Shown here piece by piece: positions 1 through 14,751 of a stretch of DNA of 64,000 nt; positions within the stretch are counted from its first letter, which is position 1, and each line of letters begins with the position of its first letter. The position numbers were made by a program, and so were the translations under genes. The stretch is from Chrysomallon squamiferum (taxonomy: Eukaryota; Animalia; Mollusca). The DNA is taken from the NCBI GenBank assembly GCA_012295275.1, contig CM022674.1, forward strand, positions 992,001 to 1,056,000, read 5' to 3'. Under the pieces are notes generated by a model that searched no databases, was not told where the DNA came from, and worked only from the letters and a program-made list of their open reading frames with translations.

Positions 1-332
1 GAAGCTTTTTTTTCCAGACGCTGTTTTCATAATTCGCGCGCGCGCGTATGTTGTCCTCATCAGACCGGAACTACTCTTTCAAGCCGCGTGGCGTTCATTC
101 ACTCGCCGCATTGTCTACGTGTCGCGTCGAGTCGCCACAGTTGTATATCGTCAGTTTTCTTTATGTTCTTAATTTTAAAATGTTTATGCCTAATTATTCA
201 CGTATTTAGATGCCTTGGTCCCAGAAAACCGGAAAATCCAGAAATCCGGAATGCCTCGGGCCACCCAAGGAGTCCGGATAATTGGTCCGGTACCTATATT
301 ATTATTATTTTTATTTTTATTTTTTCTCACAG

Positions 333-918
333 AGTGCCCGAGGTCACCCAAAATCGATAATGGTAAAATTCTTGTCCGCACTAACCACGTAGGTTCTTTT
401 GCTACCGTAGTCTGCAACAAAAACTACTTTTTCTACGGTTACTCCAAAGATCTGCTGTGTCTCCCGTCAACTCAGTGGAGTAACCCGTCAGGACAATGCA
501 AGCGAGTGAAATGGATTAATCTAAGTACGTCAAACGTCTTCTTCTAGTAGCTATAGCAGAAACACTAGTAGTAGTAGTAGTACCAGTAGTTGTAATAGTA
601 GTAGTAGTAGTAGTAGTAGTGGTAGTAGAACTAGTGGTAGAGATAGTAGTAGTAGTAGTAGTAGTAGTAGTAGCCGTTGTAGCTATAGTAGTAGTTGTTG
701 TTGCTATGATAATGGTGGTAGCAACAGTACTATTTGAAGCAGAAGTAGTAGTAGTAGTAGTAGTGGTTGTAGTGGTAGCAGAATGGTGGTGGTAGTGATA
801 GTGGTCGTGGTAGTGGTACCAGCAATGGCAGTAATAGTAACAGTAGTAGCAGTAGTAGTGGGTTAGTGGTAGTAATAGTAGTAGTAGTAATAGTGGTAGT
901 AGTGGTAGTAGTAGTGGG

Positions 919-974
<56 letters not shown>

Positions 975-1897
975 ACAGTAGAGGTAGTAGTAGTGGTGGT
1001 AGTAGTAGTAGTAGTGGTAGTAGTAGTAGTGTTATTGATATTGTTACTGTTGTTGTTGTTGTTGTGGTTTGGTTTTTGTTTTGTAATTTCTTTCTCATTC
1101 GTTCAACAAAACCATAATTATTGCTTGTACTGGTACTACTACTGTTCTTACTATTACCCTTATTATTACTACTACTACTACTACTACCAACATTATCTTT
1201 GCTTCTATTGCTACTATCTTTATCATTAAAACAACTGGTAACATTCTTACTACTATTTTTCTTACTACTCTGCAATTATTACCACTACTACTACATCAGT
1301 TACCACTATTGCATCACTATTATTATTATTATTATTATTATTAAATTATTATTATTATTAATTAACCATTATAACAACTATTATTACTGCTTCTGCTACA
1401 TTTGCAGCTACTACTTCTCCTACTAACACTATTAGTACTGTTACTGCTGCTACTTCTACTACTAATACTACTACTACTACTAATAATAATAATAATACTA
1501 TCATATTATAACCATCATCATCACCACCACCATCCATCATCATCATCATAATCAAAGACATATTACGATGTTTATGTTTAGCGACTAACACGTGGTTGGC
1601 AGTCCCGAAATCAACCGACTGGACAGTGGTGGTCGAAGGACAGATGAAACAACAGTAAGTACAAACTGTGGACCCTTTTCTCAAAACTGATCAGTGTAGG
1701 TCCAGTCAAAAAACTTCTGTTTGACTGGACCTGTACTCTTTGTCAAGGTCTCAGGTGGTTGGTAAATCTTCACGACCGTTTTGAAATCGATTTTGTTCAG
1801 CCTTAATCCCGGAGAGTGTTCATTTATTTATTTATTTGTTCACCGCAAACTGTTTGAGTCGAAACAAAAAATTATTATTATTATTATTATTATTATT

Positions 1898-1939
<42 letters not shown>

Positions 1940-2729
1940 GGTTGTTGTTGTTGGTTCTGGTGGTGGTTCTGGTGGTGGTGATGGTGGTGGTGGTGGTGGT
2001 AGTAGTATTGATGTTGATGTTTTTAATGCTTTACATTATTTATGCATTTACTTATTCACATATTTTATTTAAGAAATGCTTACGACAATGATCATGATCA
2101 TAATGCTAATAATAACAACAGACAGACAGATACACGAACAATTATACAGGTAGACAAAAAGACAAATTAGAGAGACAGACAGAGAGACAGATAGACAGAT
2201 GGACGGACGGTTAGACTGACTGATAAATAAATACATTTTCATTATTATACATTTCAGCCATATTTGGGGCATTACAGACAACAAACAGACTTTCGCGTTT
2301 TTTTACGATTACCTTGGCGTCTACATCACTGGAGATAAGGTGCATACAATGAAACCTTTAGGACTGGAAAACTGGTTTGTTATGAAAGTGCTTTTTCAGT
2401 TTGATTTTCAGGTATTTGTGTCTTCTGTTTTGTTTCTTCATTTTTTTTTTTTTTGACCTCCGATATCTATTGTACAAAAAACACATTTCAATATTTAGGA
2501 GGGATGTACGAATATACAGTCTACGTTTATGTCCAACACATACATACATACATACATACATACATACATACATACAGTGTTAGTAGTGGTAGTGACAGTT
2601 CTCAGTTTATAATATTATAATTACCAATGTATCATCAGCAATAGCAGTAATGGACGTCGTCGTCGTCGTAGTAGTAGTAGTAGCTGTAGTAGTAGTAGTA
2701 GTAGTAGCTGTAGTAGTAGTAGTAGTAGC

Positions 2730-2782
<53 letters not shown>

Positions 2783-2784
2783 CT

Positions 2785-2821
<37 letters not shown>

Positions 2822-3094
2822 CGTGTGCTATGGCTCTTGTGTTGAAATAATGTTTGTTATTATTAATATTCTTGTTATCAGTGTCATCATATTTTTTCTT
2901 TCTGATTTATTGTGACGTATCATATCATATCATATGTTATCATTTTAATCATACTATATTTACAGATTTTCGTGAATAATACAAGACTTTTTCATGCCAA
3001 AGCCAGCGATCTGAGCGCCAAATCGTTATTTTTCATACAAGTTCGAATCCTGAAATCGATCAGTTTTATCGAAAACTTCAGCTATAATCTGTGA
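333..3094 (+). CDS. 3' part of a multi-exon gene: Sushi/CCP domain followed by a galectin-like beta-sandwich (5' exons not identified)
   Basis: Exons 333-524 (ECPRSPKIDNG..VVC..Y..LLC...QWS....C, Sushi C-C-C-W-C pattern), 1582-1654, 2258-2411, 2966-3094 (IFVNNTRLF..., TGA). All are GT-AG with compatible phases 1/2/0. An optional frameshifted exon lies at 1755-1815. The Sushi call is strong; the galectin-like call is weak. Confidence 0.65.
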
Positions 3095-3827
3095 ATCAGA
3101 TATCTGTGAAATAAACAGACATTGATATTAACTATAGTGTCACGAAAATGAAGAAAAAAAACCCCACATATAATAAAATAAATAAATTTAAAAAAAAATA
3201 AAATCTAAAAATACTTTATTTCTTCATGCTATTAATTATCATAATTTATTGGGTTTTTTTTGGGGGGGGGGTAGCGTTATATTTAATGATTACAGATTAA
3301 GCCGAATTAAGGTGATTATTATTTTAAAAAAGAAGATAATAATAGCAAATAAATTGTATGGCAATAGTAGTTATAGTAGTTGCAGTAGTAGTAGATGTTG
3401 TTGTGACTGTAGTAGTAATAGCAGTAGTAATAGTAGTAGTAGTAATAGTAGCTGTAGTAGCAGTAGAGGTACCAATAATAACACTCCTCATAACAATACG
3501 ATCGCTTCATTTGTAAAAACCCAAGTTAGAAGTCAGGCCATTGTGACGTCATACACTGTTGACACTATGACGCCATATAAATAGCGGTTGCTAATGCTTA
3601 AAACGTCATAATATGCAAAAATGAAGTGAAGGAGAAGGAAAGAAAAAAGGAAAGAGAGGAGAGAGGAATCAGTCACGTTTGCATATGTTATTTTTATTTT
3701 TATTTGTTAATGAAACCGTAGTATAAATAGAGATTAAATTTTCTGATAATTTATTTGAAAGATAACAACATTATTTTAAATAAATTGCTATTAAGCTGAA
3801 TATATGCACATTAATAATAATAATAAC

Positions 3828-3879
<52 letters not shown>

Positions 3880-3883
3880 TTAA

Positions 3884-3951
<68 letters not shown>

Positions 3952-4240
3952 ATAATATAACAATTGATTAAATAAATAAAATAAAATAAAATAAAAACAC
4001 ATACTCAGCCTGTTTTAAAAACATACATTATCATATATACAGAGAGAAATATAATAAAACAATTTTTTGTTCATGTTATTAAAATAATGTATTTACTTGT
4101 TTGTTTGTTTGTCTGTTTTGTTGTTGTTGTTTTATATTCAATTTCCAGAATTACGAAAATAAAAGAAGGGTATTTTATTGTCAAATAAACAGGCTATTTT
4201 ATGTTGCTTTCCTTTTAAGTGTTTTGTTGTTGTTTTAATC

Positions 4241-4285
<45 letters not shown>

Positions 4286-5262
4286 TTAAATTTATTTTAT
4301 TTTTATTTCTTTTGTATTATTTATTTATTTGTTTATTTATTTATTATTATTATTACTACTACTATTTTGTTGTTGTTGCCTTGTTTTCTTTATTATGATC
4401 GTCATTTTATTATTTAAAAAAGAAATAAAAAAATAAAAAATTAAATGTTTTATTTCAAACGTAAGAACATTAACTGTAACACTAAAATAGGCAACAATGG
4501 AACTTTTGTACTTCGACTGATGTATACTAAGAGAAAGAAAAAATAATTAAAATGTACGTATAATATAAATATGCCTATATTTATGTGCAGAAACACAGGA
4601 TAAAATAGGAGAGAGAGAGATATATGCACAAATACACTACCTTACAGAGAAACAGTAAAATAGAAATATTTTTTGTATAGCCCCAACCCATATCGACAAT
4701 GGTGACCTTTCGGTGCAAAGTTCAGTCAGTGTTTAGGAACTTGGGTTTGACCTAAAACGATGATTTTTATCTGTTGCAAAATACAGATACCTTTTATATA
4801 TAGGCCTATATTTTTTTATTATTATAATTAGCTTACTAAAAATAACTTTCTGATTTTTATCAGAAATATAGGAATTATTATAACGTATCAGTACTAGTGA
4901 AAAGTACAGAAAAAAATATATAAAAAATATATAAAAAATTTAAAAAAACATCGGCAGAAAAATAATGCTTTGTCATTGTGTGGAGCCAGTTTTTGCACTT
5001 TCAACCGTAACGTGACACCGTCACAATATAGATCCAGACATCGTTTACTGAAAGTTACTAAAATACTGCAAATACGCGTAAATTTCATTTACCTAAACCT
5101 TTGTAGCTGCATTTATTTATAAAAAAAAAACGGACAGTTAAAACTTAATCAATAACGGAACTTTTAGAAAGTAATATCGGCTCAGTCTGGTGTAGACTTT
5201 TATCGAGGTTCAACATCCACCGTAAACCGCCAGATAGTTTACTCTGATCAGCAGTAACAAAG

Positions 5263-6858
5263 ATGTCTGCCTACAAGCTCTACTATTTCGACGCTCGAGG
5301 TCGCGCCGAAGTTTGCCGTCTGCTGTTTGCGTACAAGGACGTGCAGTTCGAAGATGTGAGATACACAAGAGAAACGTGGCCTGCAGCGAAACCATGTAAG
5401 TTTAATTATTTATTAGCTGCGACTGGTTTTCTTTTATTTAGCTGACTTGACACGAACGTGATCGAAAAAATTTTTGCTTCGATAACGCTTTTAACAGGAT
5501 GTTTACTGTCGATGTGATGATAAAATACTTTATATCTAAAGTCCAACAATCAACTGTACGTTATCTTGGAGACTAAAATATGGTGTTTTCGAAGCTTTTG
5601 TAGATCTTGTTCGATTTAGAAAGTTGAAAGAGTAGTGAATTAAAATTCAATGATTGACCATTATCGTATGCAAATTTGACGAACCTTCCGACATACTTGA
5701 TAAGTGTTGTATATTAATGTCGGGAGACGTAATTAAGGAATTATCCAGTTGCATAGCCACTGCTAGCACGATTTTGTTTCGTGATTAGTAGCCAAGCAAT
5801 TTGGAAGAGAAACCTGGGACATGAAGCAGTTCGACCTGTCTGTGGTTGTTTCTGTGCCGAAAACCCAGAACAGTTATTTCAATTAAATTAGTTACTGAGT
5901 TAGGTTAATAAGTACGTTAGATATTTTTGTGGCATTTTTAAATTGTCACACTCTTTCTCTCTCTCTCCTCTCTCTCATTCTGTGTGTTTGAAACTTTTAT
6001 TACAAAACAGAATGATTAAATCGCAGAATCATGCATGGACGAAATGTATGCATTTACTTTTAACTTACAATGTATAGGAGAAGTAATTGATATATTCTTG
6101 TATTTGAAATTGTGAACGTGACTAAAAGAGTTCTTAAAAAAAAAGAGAAAAAAAAAAAAAAAAAACGAAAAATGTTTCATCAGCTTCTAATTGAGTCAGA
6201 TGCTAGTACTTGAGTACTTGCAGTGTTGAATATCAGATAAGAAACCTGATGCATTCTATTAACCTGAGATCGTATCAAATATCCACATCATTTTCATTAA
6301 CTGGACAAAAAACAAACAAACAAAACAATAAAATAAAGATAAATGAATATAAAATAAAGATAAATGAATATAAAAATAATAATAGTAATAATAGTAATAA
6401 TAATAATGATAAAACATAAGAGCAACTGTACAGTTAAATATTTAGGTTGTTTTACAATACTAAGTAACACTTGTATGTACTGATCTGGAGTACATTTTCA
6501 AAAATTGTTAAATCAAACTGAATTTAAGAAAATTATTACAGCAGATTGTATCAATAGCACAACAGTGATGAATTTTACACAGTCTATCCCACTTCAGTGC
6601 CTTTGTTTGGTGAAGGCCTCCATGCATAATAGTGTTAATTGTAAAGTGGATTAGTGATTGTGTATAGGTTTGATATTAATGCTTTTAATGTTGTGTTGAG
6701 CCTGGTCACAGAATGCTTGTCCTGGTTGTAAGATTAAATCTTATCTGTGTTCTTATTCATGAATTTATTATTGTTTTGATTTACTGGATTTAAAAAAAAA
6801 AAAAAAAAAAATTATTTTAATGTACATCAAAATGTATATAGTTAACAGGTATAATTGT

Positions 6859-6893
<35 letters not shown>

Positions 6894-7637
6894 TTTGCTT
6901 TATTATTATTTCTTATTTTGATTTTTTATTTTAATTTATTTACTTATTTTTTTTTTTAACTTGCTTTATTCTCATTTCTTTGTTTGCTTTTTTTATTTTA
7001 AAAATATTTATTTATTTATTTTATTTTATTTTATTTTTATTTTATTTTTTATTATTATTATTATTCTGTAAATTTCAGACATATTTATTCTTGATCATAG
7101 TGTTTTCAATTCAACTGAAACTCAATGTTTTCATTTTTTTCCATTTCTTAAAATCTCATTTTGTTTAATTTATTGTTGTATTTTTGTTATTTTATTATTT
7201 TTTTTTTTTTTTTTATTTTTTATTTCTAGCATTTCCAACTGGACAGTTGCCCTGCTTGGAGGTTGATGGCAAAAAACTTTCTCAGAGCATCGCCATAACT
7301 AACTTCATAGCCCGAAAACTAGGTTATTACTGTAATTTAGCTGTGTAAATAATAGCAGTAGTTAGTAATAGAGACATTTAATTTGACCTTATTTATCCAG
7401 CTACAAGTATTAGTCTTGTAAAGTGTACATGTGTGTGAGTGTGTGTTGTGTGTGTGGGTAACACTGGATTTTATGTAAAACTGCTTTTATGATAATATTT
7501 AGAACTAATAATAAATAAATGTTTATAGCAGGATGTAATCCTATAGCAGATGTTAATGATTATATTAGTTTAAGTAATCAGCTAATTTTTATTAATTTCT
7601 TACAAGACCTACTAACATTTTTTTAAAGTTAATTTTT

Positions 7638-7693
<56 letters not shown>

Positions 7694-8356
7694 ATTTATT
7701 ATTATTAATTGACTGAATCCCACTAACATTTAGTTTTGTTATGGTAGAACCATGTCCTACCAACATCTATTTTTATTGTTTTAGGAATATCCTACCAGAT
7801 TTTTTTTTTTTTATTTTCTAGGACTGTCTTACTAGCATCTGTTTCTGTTGCTGTCAGACTGTATTCTCTTAACATTTTAGTTTTGTTATCTCACTATACA
7901 CTGCTGAAATCCTTTCTTTGTAGAACTATCTTATTAACTTCAAATTTGGTTGTGGACAGACAACTCTTACCATCTAGTTTTGTTGTTATAAGTATTTTCT
8001 CTAGTTTTCAAATAAGATTTATATAGTTTTTTGAAAAACTATCCAGTCATTCAGTTTTTTTGGTGTAAGACTTAAACCTGTTGAACAACAGTTTTTCAAT
8101 TATGATAGGACTGTACATAGCATCTGCTGTAGGATTATATCCTACTAACGTCGTATTCTGTTGTTGTAGGACTCTATCCTACTGATGTCTGGGAACAAGC
8201 CAGGACTGATGAGATAATTCAGTCAATTCAGGACTTTCTGTACGCCTGGGTCAAAGCCGTCCACGAGAAAGATGAAACTAAGAAGGTTTGTTCATACACA
8301 TACACACATACACACACACACACACACACATACACACATACACACACATACACACA

Positions 8357-8388
<32 letters not shown>

Positions 8389-9387
8389 TACACACACACA
8401 TATACACACACATGTACACACATACACATGTACACACATACACACACACATATACACACGTACACACATACACACATACACACACATATACACACGTACA
8501 CACATACACATGTACCCACACATACACACACACACACACACACATACACACACACATACACACACACACACACACACACGCAGACACACACATACACAGT
8601 AACACACACATACACACACACACACACACACAGAACAGACACAGACACATGCATATCTAAAAGAAACTTGAGCAATGTTAAATTGTGTGTACGTTTTGGT
8701 ATGAATAATGCCTGTAGATATATAACACATGACTATATATAACATACATGACTATATTTCCACACACACACATACCCCTGTAAGCAGTGTAATCACTGTT
8801 TAATTCTGAATTTTATAATGAGGTTGATTCGATTTCAGTATCATTTTTTACAAACAGGTTGATCAATGTCAAAACAACACCTGTTTTTAATAAACAAAAA
8901 AAGAAACTACAACAAACAAAACAAACCAGGCAACAGATTCAGATTACAATGTAACAGATAACTGTAATAAATTAATTCTTCACCAATCAAAATTAATTAC
9001 TAAACCAGGATCACCTTGAGATTGCCTTGTGCTTTATTTTGTTGATGGGATTATAATTTATAGTAGCTAAATGCAGATTTATCTTTACATTGTGTTTGTG
9101 TGGTAATTACAGTGAACTGAGAAAATTAATGATGAAGAGAAATAAGGCAGTTTAACGAAAATTATTTAAAAAAAATTATTTTTTATTTTTTTTTATAACA
9201 TTTATCACATTATCAGTAATACAACAGATGTGACATCCCATTTTTATATATTTTTTTAATTTTATTTATTTATTTAAATTTAATATTTGTCAGCTTCATG
9301 TTATTGCAGGATACACTAAAGTAGCTGTACATGTATTTGTTGTTATTAAATAATAATTGAATTTTCAAAAATTACGGTCTGTGTGTG

Positions 9388-9418
<31 letters not shown>

Positions 9419-10356
9419 ACATGGATGGATGGATTTGTGTATGAATGTACATGTGTGTGCATGTGTCCATGTTCATATGTTTATGTAATGTTTATCTTTG
9501 CTTGTATATATATATGTTTCTGTGACCCTTTATGTCTGCATAACGTGTAAATCAGTTACTTTTCCTGTTTCAGGAAGAATTGAAAAAGACAGTGGGAGAA
9601 GAGGATTACCCAAAGTTCTGTGCCAAAATGGAGATGTGGCTGAAAGAGAATGCAGGCAGTGGGGTCTTCGTGGGCAAAGACGTACGTGAAATACACTTAA
9701 ATTTCTCCATTTTCAGTACTGATACAAAAACCTTTGAAACTGAATTATTAATTAATATGCTGATGAAAAGAAGTATTCAACAAAAGTGATACTGGTTTTT
9801 GTTCTTTTAAATATAATGTAACTGTGTGTGTGTCTTTGTGTGTGTGTGTGTGTGTGTTGTGTGTCAGTTAAGAAATTGTATATTTTAAGTGACTGTTATA
9901 GCATCAAAATTTCGACTTCCCTTGATCCTGTAGGTGAACAATCAAAATAACAGAATCTCTGGACTTTCTTAAATCAGTTTTCAGTCCTCTACACCCTCCT
10001 TGGTATCATAGTTCAGTGTTCTTCAAATACATAGGCAAACCCAACATTGTTATTTAAGTTTCTTGTTTTTGTTGTTTGTTAAAAAGGACAAGAATGTCAG
10101 TAATCAAATGCAAGGAAGCCAGTTCTATTACAAAATAAGATTTATGCTCTGATTTTTGCCATTTGATGAATTGTTTATCAACTTTGGTATATTTCTGTGT
10201 CAGAAATGTAACAGATGGAGTTTAAATTTCCAATAACAGTAAAATTAACAAACTGTAGAATTCCGCCAGTTAAAATTTGATATTCTTACCCTTAGCTTTG
10301 GTTGTGAAATGTTTATGTGATCTTTCAGAATATTTTGTTTTTAATAATAATTAGGT

Positions 10357-10389
<33 letters not shown>

Positions 10390-10930
10390 TATTATATATT
10401 TAGAATATAAAAAAAAAGAAGAAGAGTTCCTTTTTATAAGCTACTCAAAACCATAATAATATGTATTTCATTCACTATTGGAAATTTTATTTACCTGCTT
10501 TTGTTTGTGTATGCAGCTGTTTTATAATCAGGTTTTTGAAAAAAAAAAAAATAATAATTGTTTTTATATTTATTTATATGATTATGACTTTTGAAAATTA
10601 TTTTCACATTTATTTAAAATATTATTTACGTGTCATTTAAAAACAGTGATTTTTATTCCTTTATTTATTTATTAATTGATATATTTTTCCGTTTTTTCTG
10701 TAATTACGATTTTCAACGATGTGTATTTTATTTAATATTTTTATAAATTTCAGATCACCGTGGCAGACATCGCTGTCTTTGACTTGCTGTGGAGCACAAA
10801 GAAACACGCAGTAAACAACAGCGTCTTCACAGACGACAAGTACAAGAGTCTGATAGAAAACTACAAAAAAGTCGAGTCGCACCCAAAAATTGCCGCGTGG
10901 ATCGAAAAGAGGCCAGACACGAATGTGTGA
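5263..10930 (+). CDS. Glutathione S-transferase, sigma class (GST copy 1), 208 aa
   Basis: Exons 5263-5395, 7230-7322, 8170-8285, 9574-9681, 10754-10930, total 627 nt, all GT-AG and phase-consistent. Motifs YKLYYFDARGRAE (catalytic Y8, R14), W39, GQLPCLEVDG, SQS, ITVADIAVFD, IAAWIEKRP. No long S-crystallin-type insertion. Confidence 0.95.
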
Positions 10931-12331
10931 AAAGGGACACAACTCTGCACAATAACTTCCAATAAAACGCCAATAAATTTTTTGACATTCATCGCAGGAA
11001 AATTCCAGTAGATTCTTCAGAAATAATGCAGGAATATTCTGCTACATTCATTAGAAAAAAACAATAATAATAATAGTAAAAAAGATTACTGCTCTTGAAA
11101 ACGAAATATTGAACTAATAGTTTTGAGGGAAAACACTGAAAAATATGCCAAGATTTTAGTTGACGAATTAAGCCTTGTTTCCAATTCGCATTTTTCTAAT
11201 CAGCATTTATATATTTTATGTACTTATACTAATCTTTTTATGCAAATATACAAATCTAAATATTATCTGAGAAATACTCCAAGACAGTACGAGAAGAAGA
11301 AACAGTTGCATCATACTGTCCTGGCAGGGTAAACTCTTTACATAATGTAAAAAAACGGACATTTTTGTTTTTCGCTATTTTATGTTGTTCTGCTAACCTT
11401 CAATATTGTATGCTAATATTTTGAGTTTAAACTTACTGGGTAAATGTAAAAATAAAATGTCACATTTAATTGTTTTTCAATCTGAATGCTTTGAGTATTA
11501 AAAATATAATCTGTGAATGTTATTTTAACAAATAATTATTATGCATTTACCTTTTTGACTACATATGTTTGATTTTTATAAAAACTTTTTATGTGTGTGT
11601 TCAGTATAGCTCACCAATAAATTAATTAAACTTCTGATTGTGCTTGTTATTACTATTCCTGTTACCCATTAAACAAACAGTATTTGATAATCATACACAA
11701 AAAACAACAACAATAATAATAATAGTAATAATAATAATAATAATAATGGTTTTGAATGCGAACCAACTATATGATCAAGCCAACAATGACATCCTTTACC
11801 AAATCCAGTTTACTTTAGAGATCTGGATAATACAGTTTGTTAATACGACATTACGTCATTCTTCTAAATATATTATCTACAGTCGGCTGACCACATCGAC
11901 AAACAGTTCATAAAGAACAATAGCAGATCAAACAGGAATTGTGTATTTTTGTAATTCCTTCTCATAAGAATAAGTAGTTGAAAAAAATATTTGAACTATG
12001 GTGGAATAAGACGATAACTGTAATCGATCTGAACATAAAACATGTCTGATGTATGAGAAAGTCAAAACTGACAACCAGCAGAGAGGAAAGATATGTCAGG
12101 ATATCACATGAACATCGTAGATTTTGTTAGCTGACATAAACAGACCTTTAAACAAGACTATTAAATAATTAAATAAACTGATAACAGAATTTTGATCTTT
12201 ATTACCAGTTTTGTATTGCTGCTACCTAAGCAAGAAGACTCTATGCATACAAAATAAATAAATAAATAAAAAATAAAAATAAAAATAAAAGTTTGAAATG
12301 TAACAAGGAAACCTTTATCACGAGAGACAAG

Positions 12332-12736
12332 ATGAAGGTGTTCAAAACATCTGGATCTTTTTCTTTCTTGTTTCTGCTGATAACAACATCCCTACTTGAC
12401 AACATGATAACAGACGATTCAGTTTCTGTAAACAGTGATTCCGAAGTTCAAAACTTATTAAACAATTTAACAGAACGGAGAATTACATACATCGATACGC
12501 TCACACAAACGCACCAAAGAAAAATAAACAAATCCCTTTACTAGAGTAAGGAGTGAAATTTATTGAAAAAAAAAAAAAAAATTAAATGTATTCATTGTAA
12601 AAATTATACAAAAAAAATTAACACAACTATCTTTATCTATTAAAAGTATTCAATACTGACAACTAAAATTTAGTTGTATATTAGATTAATATTTATCATT
12701 TCCGGTTCATTGCAACCTTTACTGATATAGCTTCCC

Positions 12737-12771
<35 letters not shown>

Positions 12772-13773
12772 ATTAAAAGAAGACAAACAATATGTCGAAA
12801 CAAAGTGTCTTGCATCTGGATTCAAGAGCACAGAGCAACACAGTGTATTTTTTCCTTTGAACCACAGTAATTTCAAACTATGGTAAAGTCTCTTTTCGCC
12901 GTGTATGTTTTTTTTTTTTTGTCTGTATGTCTGACTTTCTGTATGTGAACTGTCAAGGGAAACTGAGTGGTCTAGTGTTCACCCATTTAGTTGTACGAAC
13001 CGCATCATAATGATGATAATAATAACATGCTGATGATGTTAATAAAGATAATGAATATGATCATAATAAAGTTAATGATGTGCATAATAATTAATATTAT
13101 GATTATAATAATGACGATAGTGATAAAGTATTGATGATGCTGATAATAATGAGAATGTGTGACCTTGAACCCAGATGCAAGACGTTCAGGTTTGAAAAGT
13201 CGTCTGCCAAATGTTTTCTTTACAGTGAAGCTGTCACTGGAGGCTGCAATGCGCCAGTACTGAGTAACATTTCTAGTTACTACACACATCAAGGTAAATA
13301 TCTATCTATCTATCTATCTTTCTGTCTGTCTCTCTGGCTGTCTATCTATCTCTCTGTCTGTCAATCTATCTGTCTATATATTCTATTCTTATTTAATTCT
13401 TAACCACAAAAGTAGGTACGTCAACTTCATAATCACTGTAACAAGGTGATAGCAATAACTGCAGTAGTGTCAGCAGCAATTATTATTATTATTATCATTG
13501 TATTTTGTTGTTGTTGTTGATGATGATGATATAATTTCATAATAACTGCAGAGAGATTATCAGCCTGGTTAGCGCTCGTTTACGAGGATTCGAGCAAGGC
13601 ATTGCACCTATACGACACTGAAAACCACTCTTGGGAAACGTTTGAACTTCGTGATGCGATGTCTCAAGTCCACTGGGACATGAACACACAAAGAGTCTTC
13701 TGGTTCGACAGACAAGAAAAAAAGATCTGGTCATCAAGTCTTTTGGGAAATGACAAAAAACTGATTTCTACTG
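12332..13773 (+). pseudogene. PAN-propeller copy A (fragments: exon-1 5' stub 12332-~12470, exon-1 3' half ~13158-13293, exon 2 13552-13773)
   Basis: MKVFKTSGSFSFLFLL... breaks off. CDLEPRCKTF...YYTHQ|gt resumes ~690 bp later and exon 2 is intact (222 nt). Exons 3-6 are absent on this strand. Confidence 0.85.
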
Positions 13774-13907
<134 letters not shown>

Positions 13908-14122
13908 TCAGTAGTTCTTTCTGTATACGCTCTATTTCTCTTTTTCCATCTTTCGAAGTCTGGACAACAACAACAACAGCAACAACAAAATTCGATTTTT
14001 AAATGCAGTTTTTCGTTTTATTCAGTTTTTCATTTTAAAAAGAAAAAAAGAACTAGCATAAGATGCTAGATGTACATTCTCTGTAAAAGATAAAACAAAA
14101 TAAAATAAATAAATAAATCAAA

Positions 14123-14161
<39 letters not shown>

Positions 14162-14428
14162 TATTATATGAATATACATATCTGCAATCAATCTGAATGT
14201 TGCATATTTACATATGTAAAAAAGAATTTGTGTGTTTGTATGTGTGTACATAATATGCATGTTATACTGAATGTATTTGCATGATCACAAGAAATAAATG
14301 AAACTAAGAATATAGAACTAAGAGGTAAATGAATGAAAGAATGAATGAGTGAATAAATAAAACAAAATATCAGAAGAAGAAACAAACCTGCACCTTCCTT
14401 TGCTATGTGGGTGTTACAAACACGAAAT

Positions 14429-14548
14429 TTAATTTAGTTGTTCTGTGTCTGAGACGAAAATCAAACTTCGACGTAAAGGTTTTGACTCCCTTTCGGTAAC
14501 GTAAGTTTTGTTATTAGATTACCTTCGCAATCGATGATTTGAATTTCC
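14429..14548 (-). pseudogene. Orphan PAN-propeller exon 6 with a 1-nt deletion
   Basis: Near-identical to 25721-25841 (EIQIIDCEGNLITKL...) but 120 nt instead of 121. No upstream exons adjoin it. Confidence 0.8.
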
Positions 14549-14616
14549 CTGCAACAAAAGAAAATACAAAATAGATAAATATATATATATAAAGCTATAG
14601 ATATATAGACAAATAC

Positions 14617-14751
<135 letters not shown>

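Noticed and set aside
1-300. GC-richer start of the window as a possible upstream exon or MITE
   Set aside because: Could not define a convincing exon, domain motif or TIR pair.
566-1550. ORFs 730-1275, 993-1229, 1121-1426 and similar poly-L/Y/T/V ORFs
   Set aside because: Translations of (AGT)n/(AAT)n microsatellites inside an intron.
8228-8745. His-Thr and Cys-Val repeat ORFs resembling metal-binding proteins (also 19784-20202)
   Set aside because: (AC)n tract in GST intron 3, open in many frames on both strands.
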